Program-made: the position numbers and the translations under genes | Notes under the pieces: model-generated | Seen by the model: the letters and a program-made list of their open reading frames with translations, nothing else | Database searches by the model: none | Told to the model about the DNA's origin: nothing | Shown: piece by piece, positions 24,068 through 35,433 of the stretch | Position numbering within the stretch: the stretch's first letter is position 1 | Layout of the letters: each line of letters starts with the position of its first letter | Source of the DNA: Sporopachydermia quercuum | Taxonomy: Eukaryota | NCBI GenBank assembly: GCA_001599295.1 | Contig: BCGN01000010.1 | Location: forward strand, 62,001 to 126,000 | Length of the DNA stretch: 64,000 bases | Direction of reading: 5' to 3'

Positions 24068-25074
24068 GCGAATTTAGAGAGCACACAAAGAGATATTATT
24101 AGGAGTAAATGGGAGTCAAAAGGATGTCTAGGAGAATTGAGAAAGTTATATTATAAATATTACAGGTAGCTTTAATTGCTCAAGATACTCAATGCTTGAG
24201 ATTAGATTGACATTTTGGATAAGTTGATAGTCTCAGTTTGTTGGATATAACTTCTGGTCACATTGTTCTCTTTTCAAATATTTGATGATATAATCAGAAA
24301 ATTGATAGTTTCCGCTGAACACACCCGATGAACATAGGAATTCAGTTATAAGACATCTTTTGATTATGAACTGTCATAACAGTAAGTTAACAATTTAACC
24401 AGAACAAGATCTCCCATGGTAACTTCTATTAACTGCAATACTCATTTCTAACTGGTTTTCTCATTTTTGCTTCCGTCGATTTATATGTGAAAGAAAACTA
24501 AATCTTCATAAGACTACCTAATTAGGTAATAAAAACCATTGCCGAGAGAAATATTCGGAGAAAAGTACCAATTTGTCACAACTGACAGGCAAACAACATA
24601 ACGCATCAAACAGATTAGCAATTTGTTTCTATTTACTAAATTCTTGAAAAGTAGTTCATCTATGGATACATCAAGCCATCAGTGTACCAGATGTAACAAT
24701 AAATAGCTTTCACTCTACTCAACCAATTTAAACTTTCTCAGTTTGCAGTATCATCGCATATCCCAAAACTTTACTTCCCCACCTAACTCTGAAATCAAAC
24801 AAAACAACATTTTACATCTTTTCCGTTATTTTTTGATTTTAGCCCTACCTTCTTTCTTCTCATCCTTATCTACGTTCTCTTATTGACACTCCTATAATTC
24901 AAAGTATTGATATATCAACATCTAATCAAAGTAGTTCTTTTCTAATTATGCGGTTTGATAAATTGTAGCTTACTCTACAACTGCTATGTCCAATTTTTGT
25001 ACTCCGGTTGTTTATTGCCGCTCACACTACCAGTCGATTCACTCAATCTCATAGGTGCATTCATCACTATCAAC

Positions 25075-26292
25075 ATGGGTAAAATATGGAATGCTTTGGC
25101 TAGTAAACTGAAGGAAAACAGCACACCAGCAGGTAATATAAATATCCAGACTTTTGCCGAGAAACTAATAGCAGGCGAAAGTAAAGTGGTTTTCATGGTT
25201 GGTGCTGGTATATCTACCTCTGCTGGTATTCCTGATTTCCGTTCTCCGGGTACTGGCCTTTATGATAACTTAGCTAAATTAGATTTACCATATGCTGAAG
25301 CTGTGTTTGATATTGAATACTTTCGTGAAGACCCGAAGGCTTTTTATACTCTTGCGACGGAGCTTTTCCCGGGTAAGTTTCGTCCTACTATTTTCCACTC
25401 GTTTATTAAGCTAATAGAGGAGAAAGGCTTACTAGAAAGGGTGTATACCCAGAATATTGATACTTTAGAAAGAATAGCTGGAGTTCCTGCGGAAAACATA
25501 GTTGAGGCTCATGGATCTTTTGCTACTAATCATTGTATTGACTGTAAAAGTGAAATGTCAACTGAAGACCTGAAAAGAGATATGGAAGATGAATCACTAG
25601 GAGGTATTCCAAAATGCAGCGAATGCGGTGGAATCGTTAAGCCTGATATTGTATTTTTTGGAGAAGGATTGCCCTCGAGATTTTTTACATTATGGGACGC
25701 TGACTGCGCGAATACAGACATTGCCATAGTTGCTGGAACATCATTGGCAGTGTTCCCGTTTGCAAGTTTACCAGAAGACGTTAGCAGAAACAGTATTAGA
25801 GTCCTAATCAATAAGGAAGTAGTAGGTGACTTCTTACATAATAGCAGACCTAATGATTTAATATTGCAGGAATCATGTGATGATGTGGCGATATTGATAG
25901 CTAGGGAATGTGGATGGTATGAAGACTTGATGAAGCTATGGAATGCTACTGAAATAAAAGGAGAAGAGGCGAATGAAAAACCTACTGATAGTGATACGTT
26001 GGAGAAGATTATGGAAAAGATGGAACAAGAGGAGACAGAAAAGGCTGCTAAGAAAGAAATAGAAGATAAAGATGTGGATGAACTAGAAGCAGGCATTGAA
26101 AAGGTGTCTTTGGGGGACAACAGCGTGGAAGACAAGAAATCCGAGTTGAAAGTTGAAGAAGAAGGAAAGGACGAAGAAAAACATAGAGGAACCGAAGATG
26201 AGAAGAGGGAAGAGGAAAATGAAAAGAAAGAGGATGACAAGCTTAATGAATCAAACGAGTTTGATTCGCCAAAGACCAATCCCAAGATATAG
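25075..26292 (+). CDS. HST2: NAD-dependent sirtuin deacetylase (Hst2/SIRT2 class) with acidic C-terminal tail
   Basis: GAGISTSAGIPDFRS, YTQNIDTLE, EAHGS, CxxC...CxxC, KPDIVFFGE, GTSL. First ATG is at 25075; the ORF-track start is a TTG. Confidence 0.93.
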   Translation: MGKIWNALASKLKENSTPAGNINIQTFAEKLIAGESKVVFMVGAGISTSAGIPDFRSPGTGLYDNLAKLDLPYAEAVFDIEYFREDPKAFYTLATELFPGKFRPTIFHSFIKLIEEKGLLERVYTQNIDTLERIAGVPAENIVEAHGSFATNHCIDCKSEMSTEDLKRDMEDESLGGIPKCSECGGIVKPDIVFFGEGLPSRFFTLWDADCANTDIAIVAGTSLAVFPFASLPEDVSRNSIRVLINKEVVGDFLHNSRPNDLILQESCDDVAILIARECGWYEDLMKLWNATEIKGEEANEKPTDSDTLEKIMEKMEQEETEKAAKKEIEDKDVDELEAGIEKVSLGDNSVEDKKSELKVEEEGKDEEKHRGTEDEKREEENEKKEDDKLNESNEFDSPKTNPKI

Positions 26293-27014
26293 CCACTATT
26301 GGTGTTGATGTATAATCTAAACCAAGAACTTGGGATGTTTTGCCGTTTTCCTGATAACATTAATAATTTGGCGCATTAGGAATTATCAATACATCTTTAT
26401 CCGAATAAAGAATTTTGTTCTGATACTTTGAATAAACTGTGGACTTCTATAGCTTCTTTACGTTTATCAAATCAAAAGATGAAGCTAAACCTAGAATCGC
26501 CCCATCTGTTGAACCTTCTCCAATAACTCAGCATTCTTAACCCATTTTATAGCTATATATCTTAGTTCACCATTTGTAATAAGCGACTTACTATTTATAC
26601 TCATTTTGATTCTAAAGCCATCATCGTAAATAGAAACATACATTATTCTTTTGGGGTATGAAACTCAGTGTCCAATTACAAGGTCTCATTAACGAATAGC
26701 TTCCTATCATTTATCGTACGTCCCATAACACATTCTTAAGATGTTCTTCTCATCGCGCCACAAAGTGGGTAATTGAGCTCCACAAACAAATGATGTCATT
26801 ATCATTTGTTCTCAATCCCCCTAGAAGAAAAGATACTGAACCATTAAAAAGAAGTGGGAATGATTGTCATGATACGTCTTCAAAGTAATCGTTCAACCAC
26901 TAACATATCTTTCTCCATTATCACCAATTTGATAATTGAATTCTCTTTTTTTTTTCTTTTTCTTTCCCTTATACTTCTCCTTGCCATTGTATAACTAGCT
27001 GACCGTCATTTCTA

Positions 27015-29561
27015 ATGTTTTGGTCAAGGTTGGGCTGGAAACAAGCATTGTATGCTTCCAAAGCGTCGAGAGCCAGTGTATTTTCTCAATATCGTTCACC
27101 TTTTAAAGTATTTCCGTATGTGACTCTGCAGAGACAGTTCAGCAGGGTTGCTCCCAAGAGCAAGGACCACGTTCCTTCTGTGGATTCTGAGATAGAAGAG
27201 GTGGAAGAGATGGGAAGAGACACTCAACGATCAGGAAGAATAGCATTAGACGATAACGAAATGCTGTTCTATTTTGACAATGTATTCCCAGTACAAGGCA
27301 GATATCTCATTGTCTGGCATTGGTTAGTCAAGAATGTTTTTGGCCATGATTCTAACCATGTTTTGCAACGGATCAACAAAGAGTTGATTCCTCCTGAACT
27401 GAAAGACAAAGTAGTGGCACGTTCAATTGTTCCAGTTTATCGTGATGGTGGTGCTTTTGTAACCCTGAATAAGCCTGATGACAGAAGCGACTCTATTTTC
27501 AAAAGAACAGTGCAAACATATGTAAATAGCCAAGGCATTCGTCCATGGTTCAACTACCTTTCACACATCTCCTGCTATGCCGTCAAAGGTGTGCCATGGG
27601 TAGAGGACCTCAGAAGATTCCCTAGCAGCAAAATAAAAGTCATATTTGAAGGTCCCGATTTGACTGAAGAAGAGCTATATTTGTTATTTCGTAGATATGG
27701 CTGTTTGCTTGATATTCAACCTCCTTCCCCTAACAATAAGGATTTACCAAGATTTGCTATGATCAATTTCGATGAATTCAGAGCAGCTGCATGTTCGAGG
27801 AACTGTTTGAACGGTCTCAAATTCAAAGACACAACTCTTCATTTACAATATGAACCAATTGTACGTGCTCACGTAATTCGTGAATTCTTGATTAGTCATT
27901 CAAGAATAACAATCCCATTAATTTTGGCACTAGCAGCCGCATTCTTTGTCCTTATTTTTGATCCAATCAGAACATGGTTTATTGAACAACATATCAGAGG
28001 TAACCTCAATTTTTTCGACTATGAGATATTCAAGGTAATCCGTGAATATACTAAGAAGTCTTTTGCTAACTTGCAAAAATACTTCCGCTCTAGTGAAATT
28101 ACTGATTCTTCTTTCCATAGGCTTTGGTCTGATCGGGTAGAGAAAATCGAATCACTCAAATTATGGCTTCAAGAGAACGTCAATACTTTCATTGTTGTTC
28201 TTGGACCCAGAGGCACAGGGAAACATGAATTGGTATGTAAGTACGCCTTGGAAGACAGACCGAATGTCTTATATATTGATTGTGATAAGCTTGTGAAAGC
28301 TCGCACCGATGCTCAATTCATCTCTACTTTATCGCACGAAGTTTCCTATTATCCTGTCTTCCCTTGGATCAATTCTGCCTCGCAGTTTCTTGATTTAATC
28401 GTTCAAGGCTTGACAGGACAGAAAGCAGGTATGTCTGTATCAACAGAAGAACAACTTAGATCTGTTTTGGGTAACGCCATGGCTGCCATTCGTAATATCT
28501 CTCTTTCCAAACGGTCAAAAGAGTTAACAGAAGGTGATTCAAGTGCTGCTGGCAAGGAAGAGGACTACTTACAGGCGCATCCCGACTCAAAACCTGTCGT
28601 GGTTATCGATAGATTCAAACGCAAATCTGAACATAATTCCTTTGTTTACAAAGAATTGGCTGATTGGACTGCTTTATTGATCTCAGCAAACCTAGCTCAT
28701 GTTATTTTCATCACTGATGATGTAGGAAGTCCTAAGCTTTTGAATGATGCTCTACCAAACCATGTTTTCAAGTTTGTTCCACTGGCTGATGCTTCAAGGG
28801 AAGCCGCTAACAGTTATCTACGCAACCAATTGATCAGAAAGCAAGATAATAACTCAACCGAGAAGGAAGATGAGAAGTACCTAGGAACAAATAAACCTGT
28901 AAATAAAGAAGCTCATGCTCTCAATGCCAAGGACTTTGAGAAGGCCATTGATCTAGTTGGTGGTCGTCTACTTGATCTACAAGCGTTTGTCCGCAGAGTC
29001 AAATCAGGCGAAGAACCAGGTAAAGCAATGGACGAAATGGTTCTACAGGGCTCAGAAGAAATCTTACAGAAATTTCTTATTAGAAAATCTGATAACTGGA
29101 TTTCTGGTCAAACCTGGACTTTAGTTAAAAGTCTGGCTACCGCTGATACAGTATCAGTTCCCGTTATAATGATGGATCCTAACTTTAAAGGAGCACCTGA
29201 TGCACTTGATGCATTTGAACAAGAAGGATTAATTCAAATAGTTAGAGAACATGGATTACCTAAATCTATCAGACCAGGCAAGCCACTATATAAAGCCAGT
29301 TTCAGAGCTTTGTATGAACATCCTATCACTTGCCCTATGCAAGAGATAAGTATGTACGAAACTTTGATCAAGAAACAAACAACTGTTATTCGTACCCTTG
29401 AAGAAGAGTTTAATGATCTATCCCGAGTTGCTGATAAGAAGGAAATCAGACAACGAATAGATTATCTGTCCTCCAAGGTTGCTGTAAGTCAAGCATTGAT
29501 CAACGATTACGAGAAACTGATTAATAAGAATAAGGATACACTGAAGAAAATAGCTAAATGA
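27015..29561 (+). CDS. YME2: Mitochondrial escape protein 2 (Yme2/Rna12): RRM, TM segment and AAA-like domain
   Basis: DGGAFV, PWVEDLRRFPS, LYLLFRRYG, FDPIR, GPRGTGK, GGRLLDL. Confidence 0.94.
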   Translation: MFWSRLGWKQALYASKASRASVFSQYRSPFKVFPYVTLQRQFSRVAPKSKDHVPSVDSEIEEVEEMGRDTQRSGRIALDDNEMLFYFDNVFPVQGRYLIVWHWLVKNVFGHDSNHVLQRINKELIPPELKDKVVARSIVPVYRDGGAFVTLNKPDDRSDSIFKRTVQTYVNSQGIRPWFNYLSHISCYAVKGVPWVEDLRRFPSSKIKVIFEGPDLTEEELYLLFRRYGCLLDIQPPSPNNKDLPRFAMINFDEFRAAACSRNCLNGLKFKDTTLHLQYEPIVRAHVIREFLISHSRITIPLILALAAAFFVLIFDPIRTWFIEQHIRGNLNFFDYEIFKVIREYTKKSFANLQKYFRSSEITDSSFHRLWSDRVEKIESLKLWLQENVNTFIVVLGPRGTGKHELVCKYALEDRPNVLYIDCDKLVKARTDAQFISTLSHEVSYYPVFPWINSASQFLDLIVQGLTGQKAGMSVSTEEQLRSVLGNAMAAIRNISLSKRSKELTEGDSSAAGKEEDYLQAHPDSKPVVVIDRFKRKSEHNSFVYKELADWTALLISANLAHVIFITDDVGSPKLLNDALPNHVFKFVPLADASREAANSYLRNQLIRKQDNNSTEKEDEKYLGTNKPVNKEAHALNAKDFEKAIDLVGGRLLDLQAFVRRVKSGEEPGKAMDEMVLQGSEEILQKFLIRKSDNWISGQTWTLVKSLATADTVSVPVIMMDPNFKGAPDALDAFEQEGLIQIVREHGLPKSIRPGKPLYKASFRALYEHPITCPMQEISMYETLIKKQTTVIRTLEEEFNDLSRVADKKEIRQRIDYLSSKVAVSQALINDYEKLINKNKDTLKKIAK

Positions 29562-30142
29562 AGACAACAACTGGTGAAAATAACGGAAACGGAAGACTTT
29601 TGCAGTCAGATTATGACCAAAATATTTTAGTCATTCATTGTATTAGCGATTAGTTCTATTTTCAAGGATAAATAGAGAGTACCAGTTTTCGGTGGCAGCA
29701 ATACTTCAGGATCCATATATGCGATCTATCTGAGTATTTAATGTTCAGAATCATAATATATAATGGTTGATCTTCGATTTTGCCGTTGGAACTAATGATG
29801 AAAGTTGGAGCATGCAGTTGGAGCTGAGCTCATTAAAAGCTCAACCATTATGATATGCCTTTCAATACAACTCCTTTTGTTAGTAAATACTCCTCGTGGA
29901 ATATACAAGATCAAAATTACGTACCAGAGGCAGAGGCGTGAATGTGTTATAGTAACGGTAAGCTACTGACGTGGATCAGTAAATGCTCACCTATTCAAGG
30001 TTAACCTTTTATATATCTTTTTACATTGTCACTTTGTTCCTATTATTACCATTATTATTAATATCATTACAACCATTCATTATTAGTCTACTATAAATTT
30101 TTCCTATTGCACATTGCTACGCTTTTACCCTTTGATCAGTAT

Positions 30143-31969
30143 CTAATTAATTAGATGTCCAATAAGCATTTCATAACTCATCCATAATCTAATATTTCGC
30201 ATATCGTCTTGAGTATAAGTCAAGGGTTTCCCTCTGCTAATTACTTCAACATTCTTACAAGTAAACGCACCACAGTCATAAGCATTATATTGTCGTGGAG
30301 CATCCTTGACGTTCACTTTAGCATATTTCGAGTAATCTTCCTTATCTTCAGCTTTTAAAACTCCTTGGGCAACCAGATTCCTGGCAGAATCTTCCATAAA
30401 CAGCTCCAAAGCTTTCAGATCTCTTCCTGGACTTCCTCCTAATGAATCATAGAAATCAAATTCTTTATCCATATTATTTACTACGCATAGGTACCAATGT
30501 GTTCCTCCTCTATTCATAGGAACAAATATATAATCCAATGCTGTTATGTTGATCTTTTTCCTTCTAACCCATTTAGCCAATGCTTTGAAATCATGTTGCA
30601 GAAGTTTCGTATGGAAATGTGTTGTCCAACAAAACACTTTGGGCAAGGAAGGATTCTCTCGTGATCTCAGAACAACCAATCCAAGATAAAAATCAATGAT
30701 GTTATCATTGAACCAGTTACAACCTTTGATTGTCTGGAAATCTCGAGCATAGAGATCAATTCTGGTAATGGCAGGTTCGCTGGCTAATACACCATAGGAA
30801 TCATTGGATCTGTATGCCAGTAAAACTTTCTCAAGGATTTGATCAGGCAAAGGATTGATGATTTCACGTTCAGATGACTTTTTCAGTTCTTGGATAAATT
30901 TTCTCAAGTTTTCTCTTTCTTTCCTGATTCTCTCGTATGATTTGAAACTTGGGGTTAACAGTTCAGAGAGTTTCAACTGTTCAGTAGTGAAACTGAGTTT
31001 TAAAGTTGGTGAGGTGTAAGAAGGGTATAGTACCGTGGATGATAACTGTTTTTCATAAGTATTCCTGGGTTGAGACAATGTAGAGATAATGCCGTTGCTT
31101 TCATTTTCTTTCTTTTGCCTCTCTACTGATTTCTCAAACTGTTCCAGTGTTATCTCAACAAGATCGTTCTCATTATATAGATCGGTGTCAATAGACGAAT
31201 CACCAACGTTTTCAGTAGTATTCGACCATGAGTATTGTAGAAATTTCAGCAGCGAACTGCCTTTAGTTGGTGTTGATTGCTGTTGGATAGAAGCAGACAC
31301 AGGTGATGTAGATGTTGATGTGGACAGAGAAGAGGGAATACTGGTAGATGAGACAGATTGAGCACCTTGAATAGTGGATTCCGAGCAGCTTTTTGAGGTT
31401 AAACTAGGTATTGAGAGCGTTTTGATAGCTTGTCTGATCTCTTCATGATCAGTTAATGATGCTGAATCTGCATTTGATGATGTTTTCTCTGAATGAGCCA
31501 CAATACCAGAGGAAGAAGAAGATGAAGAAGTAGTCCTAGGAATAATTNGACTATCAATTTGCATTGCCACAGAGTTCCTAGCCTTTACTTCCACATTNTC
31601 TTTTTGTTCCTCTATTGAATCTTTACTGAGCTCTTCGGAAATAATCAATGATTTAAATGAACTGAGAATTCCCGACATTCTATTAGTTATTGCACCTAGG
31701 ACATCAACAACCGTTCCCACAGCATTTACACCAAGGTTAAACGTCTCCATTTCACTCTCGCTCATTAAACCATCACTGTTAGTTGAGTTTATGTTGTAAT
31801 TACTGGAAACCTCATTCGTGTACCTTGTATACTTGTTTTGATTGGCATTGACAGTTGAACCAGAAACACTATCACTGTTTATTGATATTTGATCAACCTT
31901 TCGTTTCTTTTCAGGACTGAGAACCCCATTTCTGCATAAACCAACAAATGGATTACCATTTTCCGTCAT
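30143..31969 (-). CDS. ULP1: SUMO protease (C48 family)
   Basis: C-terminal WFNDNIIDFY, HW, YDSL, RQYNAYDCG catalytic motifs; low-complexity N-terminus. First ATG is at 31969. Confidence 0.88.
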   Translation of the reverse strand: MTENGNPFVGLCRNGVLSPEKKRKVDQISINSDSVSGSTVNANQNKYTRYTNEVSSNYNINSTNSDGLMSESEMETFNLGVNAVGTVVDVLGAITNRMSGILSSFKSLIISEELSKDSIEEQKXNVEVKARNSVAMQIDSXIIPRTTSSSSSSSGIVAHSEKTSSNADSASLTDHEEIRQAIKTLSIPSLTSKSCSESTIQGAQSVSSTSIPSSLSTSTSTSPVSASIQQQSTPTKGSSLLKFLQYSWSNTTENVGDSSIDTDLYNENDLVEITLEQFEKSVERQKKENESNGIISTLSQPRNTYEKQLSSTVLYPSYTSPTLKLSFTTEQLKLSELLTPSFKSYERIRKERENLRKFIQELKKSSEREIINPLPDQILEKVLLAYRSNDSYGVLASEPAITRIDLYARDFQTIKGCNWFNDNIIDFYLGLVVLRSRENPSLPKVFCWTTHFHTKLLQHDFKALAKWVRRKKINITALDYIFVPMNRGGTHWYLCVVNNMDKEFDFYDSLGGSPGRDLKALELFMEDSARNLVAQGVLKAEDKEDYSKYAKVNVKDAPRQYNAYDCGAFTCKNVEVISRGKPLTYTQDDMRNIRLWMSYEMLIGHLIN

Positions 31970-32839
31970 ATTAATCAAATTGCGCTTCTGAATCAACCAA
32001 GAACAAGCCAATGAGTCGTTTCTCCGAGATACAAATACAAATACAGATAAGGTTATGCTTCCAACCTCCAGAAGCAAAGCGAACAAGTACAACTACTATT
32101 TAATATTCAATTGAAATATAGAGACCAATAAAACAAATAAAAAAAAATATGCTGCATGATTTTGATTTGTTTATCTGCAGTCCACCGCTCTGCACAATAT
32201 TGTCAAATGTGTTTTATCGATGACTAACTGATTTACTGATATAGCTCAGATGGGTATTGATCTAAAACACTGATTCACGGTCCAGTTGTTTATAAGTAGC
32301 AGAATAAGAAAGCTTCTTGCAAAAACAAAAGACCAATATACAGATCAAATTCCCATGAAGTGTTTTGAATGAAAATTCAAAAAGCTCTTCATAACTATTC
32401 ATATATTTTAGTATTGCTACCAGTCAATATGCTCTAGTTGAAGAACAGTAAGCTGTCATAACCATCACAAATTTTGTTTCTTTCAGGTGAGAGAGATTAT
32501 GGAAATAATAATTAAAAATGGGATGAGACCTCAAGTGTAAACTTCGGAGAGAATATAAACCATCAATTGTTTCAATATCACATAATCGTCAGTGAACATG
32601 ATCTTGGACGGTAGTTAGGAATGTTACCCGGCTGACGTTTTTCTCCTTCATTTCCATTTGACTTTCAAATAATTGAAAGATTGATTTCAAGCACATGGAA
32701 ACATCAAAGATACATTGAGCTATTGATTTTTTATTCATTTTTATTTGAATGTGTTTTCAAAAGTTTACTGATTCACATTGGTTATTATTATTATACCGTT
32801 TGTAGAAGTTTCCCCGAAAATTCAACAGTAATACTCGAA

Positions 32840-33868
32840 ATGGTTGTTCATGTTATTGGTAAGAAGTTCAAAGGAAATATCCCTATTGTGGTATGTGCTC
32901 TTTTCTGTTTGTATGGATGACTGATAGGATATGGTATTATGAAAGCATTGAAAGGTAGAATGGATGAGTTCAAATCCTAGGGGTTGGACATTGAAAAGCA
33001 GATTTGAAGCTGGCATTAGATAGAAGCATAATGATAAGAGTAAGCTAGTTGGAGCTAGCTAGTAGTATTCATATTCTTATCAGGAGAGCATCAGTTGCTG
33101 TTTATTCTAGAACAGCTTTCTCTGCTCATTAGTAGCGATCTTCCAAGGGTGTTATTTAATATCATAATGTACTCAATAAGTTATAGAGATGTATCCATGT
33201 CTATCTATTTTTCTCATACTGACATTATCTTCAGATTGGCTTATACTCAAGAATTTATGGCTTGTCAAGAAGTTCGGCCCAAGAGATTTGTGCCAAGCTC
33301 GGATTCTATCCAGCCATGAGAATGCACGAATTAACAGAAGATCAGACTGTTAAACTTGGTGCCGAGTTATCAAATTACGTTATTGAAGGTGAAGCTAGAC
33401 AGCTTGTTCGTGATAACATTAAGAGGAAATTCCTTATAGGCAGTTATCAAGGTCAAAGACATGCTTATGGATATCCAGTACATGGTAGAGGTCAGAATGG
33501 TAAGACCGCTGGAAAACTGAACAGATTAGAAAGAAGGACATATAGTACGGTAGCTGGCAACTCAGGGTATGTTATTTTAGTTTCTGTTTTTTAAGAGGAA
33601 TTTGCAGATTATTGGGGAAGATAGTTGTATGAAATGCAGTGAATCATGTCTTACCTTATTCATTTTTGATAACAATGATAAAATATAAGCTATTAGTCTT
33701 GTCAAAGTATGATGCCCTTTGGCATAATTCCGCAGTTCAACTATATCGAATACTAGTAGATGGCAAGATTAGGGAACATCATTATTCCTTTCTTATTCCA
33801 TAAACTAAATTACTAATAATCGTTTTAGAATCATGTCACAAGTCATGCGATCTGTATGGAAATTCTAA
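32840..33868 (+). CDS. SWS2: Mitochondrial ribosomal protein uS13m; exons 32840-32890, 33235-33566, 33829-33868
   Basis: Spliced protein MVVHVIGKKFKGNIPIV|IGLYSRIYGLSRSSAQEICAKLGFYPAMRMHEL...IGSYQGQRHAYGYPV...LNRLERR...G|IMSQVMRSVWKF*; the start and core match yeast Sws2. Confidence 0.9.
32891..33234 (+). other. SWS2 intron 1 (344 nt)
   Basis: GTATGT donor, TACTGAC branch point, CAG acceptor; phase 0 joins two S13 segments. Confidence 0.9.
33567..33828 (+). other. Probable SWS2 intron 2 (262 nt)
   Basis: GTATGT donor at 33567, TACTAAT branch-like site near 33811, TAG at 33826-33828; gives a short in-frame terminal exon. Confidence 0.65.
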
Positions 33869-34128
33869 CTCTGTAAACATGCAAGCCATTAGCAGATAGC
33901 AATAGGGATTATCTTGTACATATAGGAAAGTATACAACACAATAAACATCATACTTGAACTGCATCATTCTTTTCGTATACTAGTTCTTAACCTATTTCG
34001 GATGATTATCAGTCCGATCAGCATATCATTAAAACTATCAACAATTTTAATTCAATACAGACTCATTTTCCATTTTACCATTAAATTTCGTCCTACTAGT
34101 TATCTCAAACATAATGGTCTCCTCTCAT

Positions 34129-35433
34129 TTATTCATCAATATTTACAATATCTATATATGCTACTTCACCAGATATATCATGCTTCAAATCGTTAATATA
34201 AAATGCAATCTCACTACCTGCACTAAACACGTTTTCATTCACCTGTGGCTCAGTTGGTTGAGCTCCTGATTCTCCCCAAACGTCAAATGAGTCCTCAGGC
34301 TTGAATGTCTCTAGAACAATATGATTCAAACCATCGCCATGGGGAATCTTAGTAATCTGTCCCCGCTGTTTGATTTCTGGACGTAACAACGAAAACTCCA
34401 CTTGCAATCCATCCTGCAATTCTGCTTCTGGTGATACTACTAGCATATGACTCTTAGCACCCCAGGCACCACCTCCAGCCAAAACTCTGAACGTTTTAGC
34501 ATCAGTACGATTGGCATCTTTAAAAACTGTAGCAAAAACTTCTGTTTCCTTTAGTTTGATTTCATTTAGCAAAGAACTGTTCTCCAGATACGAAGCTGGC
34601 GATTGACCATTGATAGATTTGATCATATTTCTATGAGCACTGGTAATAACCATGGGAGTTTCCCTAGGGAATAACAGTTCAGTTTCATCTTCTATTCTTA
34701 TTTTAACTATCCCATCGTTATCACACATTAATATGTCTTCTTGTATACCTATAGTAAGCTCTGATAGATATTTATAGTTGTTGGTAGAATCACCAGGCAA
34801 CATATAGAACATAGTTGCATGCTTTTCGTTAACAAACAAAGTATTAGCAGGTGTAATACCTATTTTTAAAGCCAAGCCAATTTCGATACTGAAAATTGTT
34901 TGATGCAAATGCCAGTTTTTTCTCCCTGTCATAGTTTTGACACTATCTGGTATATCTATCGATGGCGCCACATCTTCTGTCAGCTCTTTCGACTCTTTCA
35001 CTAGTAATTCACCTTCGGTCCAAAGCTCTGAAACCATATCTTTAAATCCCAATCCACCATCAACAACACAACCAACAATACCTAGACTGGGGTTTTGTTC
35101 TCTTAACTCGGCTGCTTGTTCGATGAGCTCATTGGAATACTGTGGAGTGCTCAAAAGAATTGCTGATTTAGCTTTGAAAGGTATGTCGTTTTCCGGAAAA
35201 AATTGAAGCTTCCCTGGCGACCTAACTGTTCTAGTATAAACTTTTGACGCTCTAGAACTTGACTCAAAAGAATGTTTTCTTATGAAACAAAAAGATTTGA
35301 AAAAGTTGTTGGCAATTGAAGCGGAGCGTGATCTGTATGGATGTATAACAAAATAACGGCAAGGATTCACCAAACGTCTGACGAATGAAAATTCAGACGT
35401 TAATTTTGAGCCATTTCTACTCAAAGCAAACAT
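34129..35433 (-). CDS. Uncharacterised fungal protein, FIST-domain-like, with probable mitochondrial presequence
   Basis: 434-aa ORF with Arg/Ser/Phe-rich N-terminus; ANTLFVN, NMIKSINGQSPASYL, AGGGAWGAK and FSAGSE resemble fungal FIST-type proteins (recognition from memory). Confidence 0.6.
   Translation of the reverse strand: MFALSRNGSKLTSEFSFVRRLVNPCRYFVIHPYRSRSASIANNFFKSFCFIRKHSFESSSRASKVYTRTVRSPGKLQFFPENDIPFKAKSAILLSTPQYSNELIEQAAELREQNPSLGIVGCVVDGGLGFKDMVSELWTEGELLVKESKELTEDVAPSIDIPDSVKTMTGRKNWHLHQTIFSIEIGLALKIGITPANTLFVNEKHATMFYMLPGDSTNNYKYLSELTIGIQEDILMCDNDGIVKIRIEDETELLFPRETPMVITSAHRNMIKSINGQSPASYLENSSLLNEIKLKETEVFATVFKDANRTDAKTFRVLAGGGAWGAKSHMLVVSPEAELQDGLQVEFSLLRPEIKQRGQITKIPHGDGLNHIVLETFKPEDSFDVWGESGAQPTEPQVNENVFSAGSEIAFYINDLKHDISGEVAYIDIVNIDE

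Noticed and set aside
25530..26360. 276-aa antisense ORF over HST2
   Set aside because: Ser/Phe-rich mirror of the Glu/Lys-rich HST2 tail.
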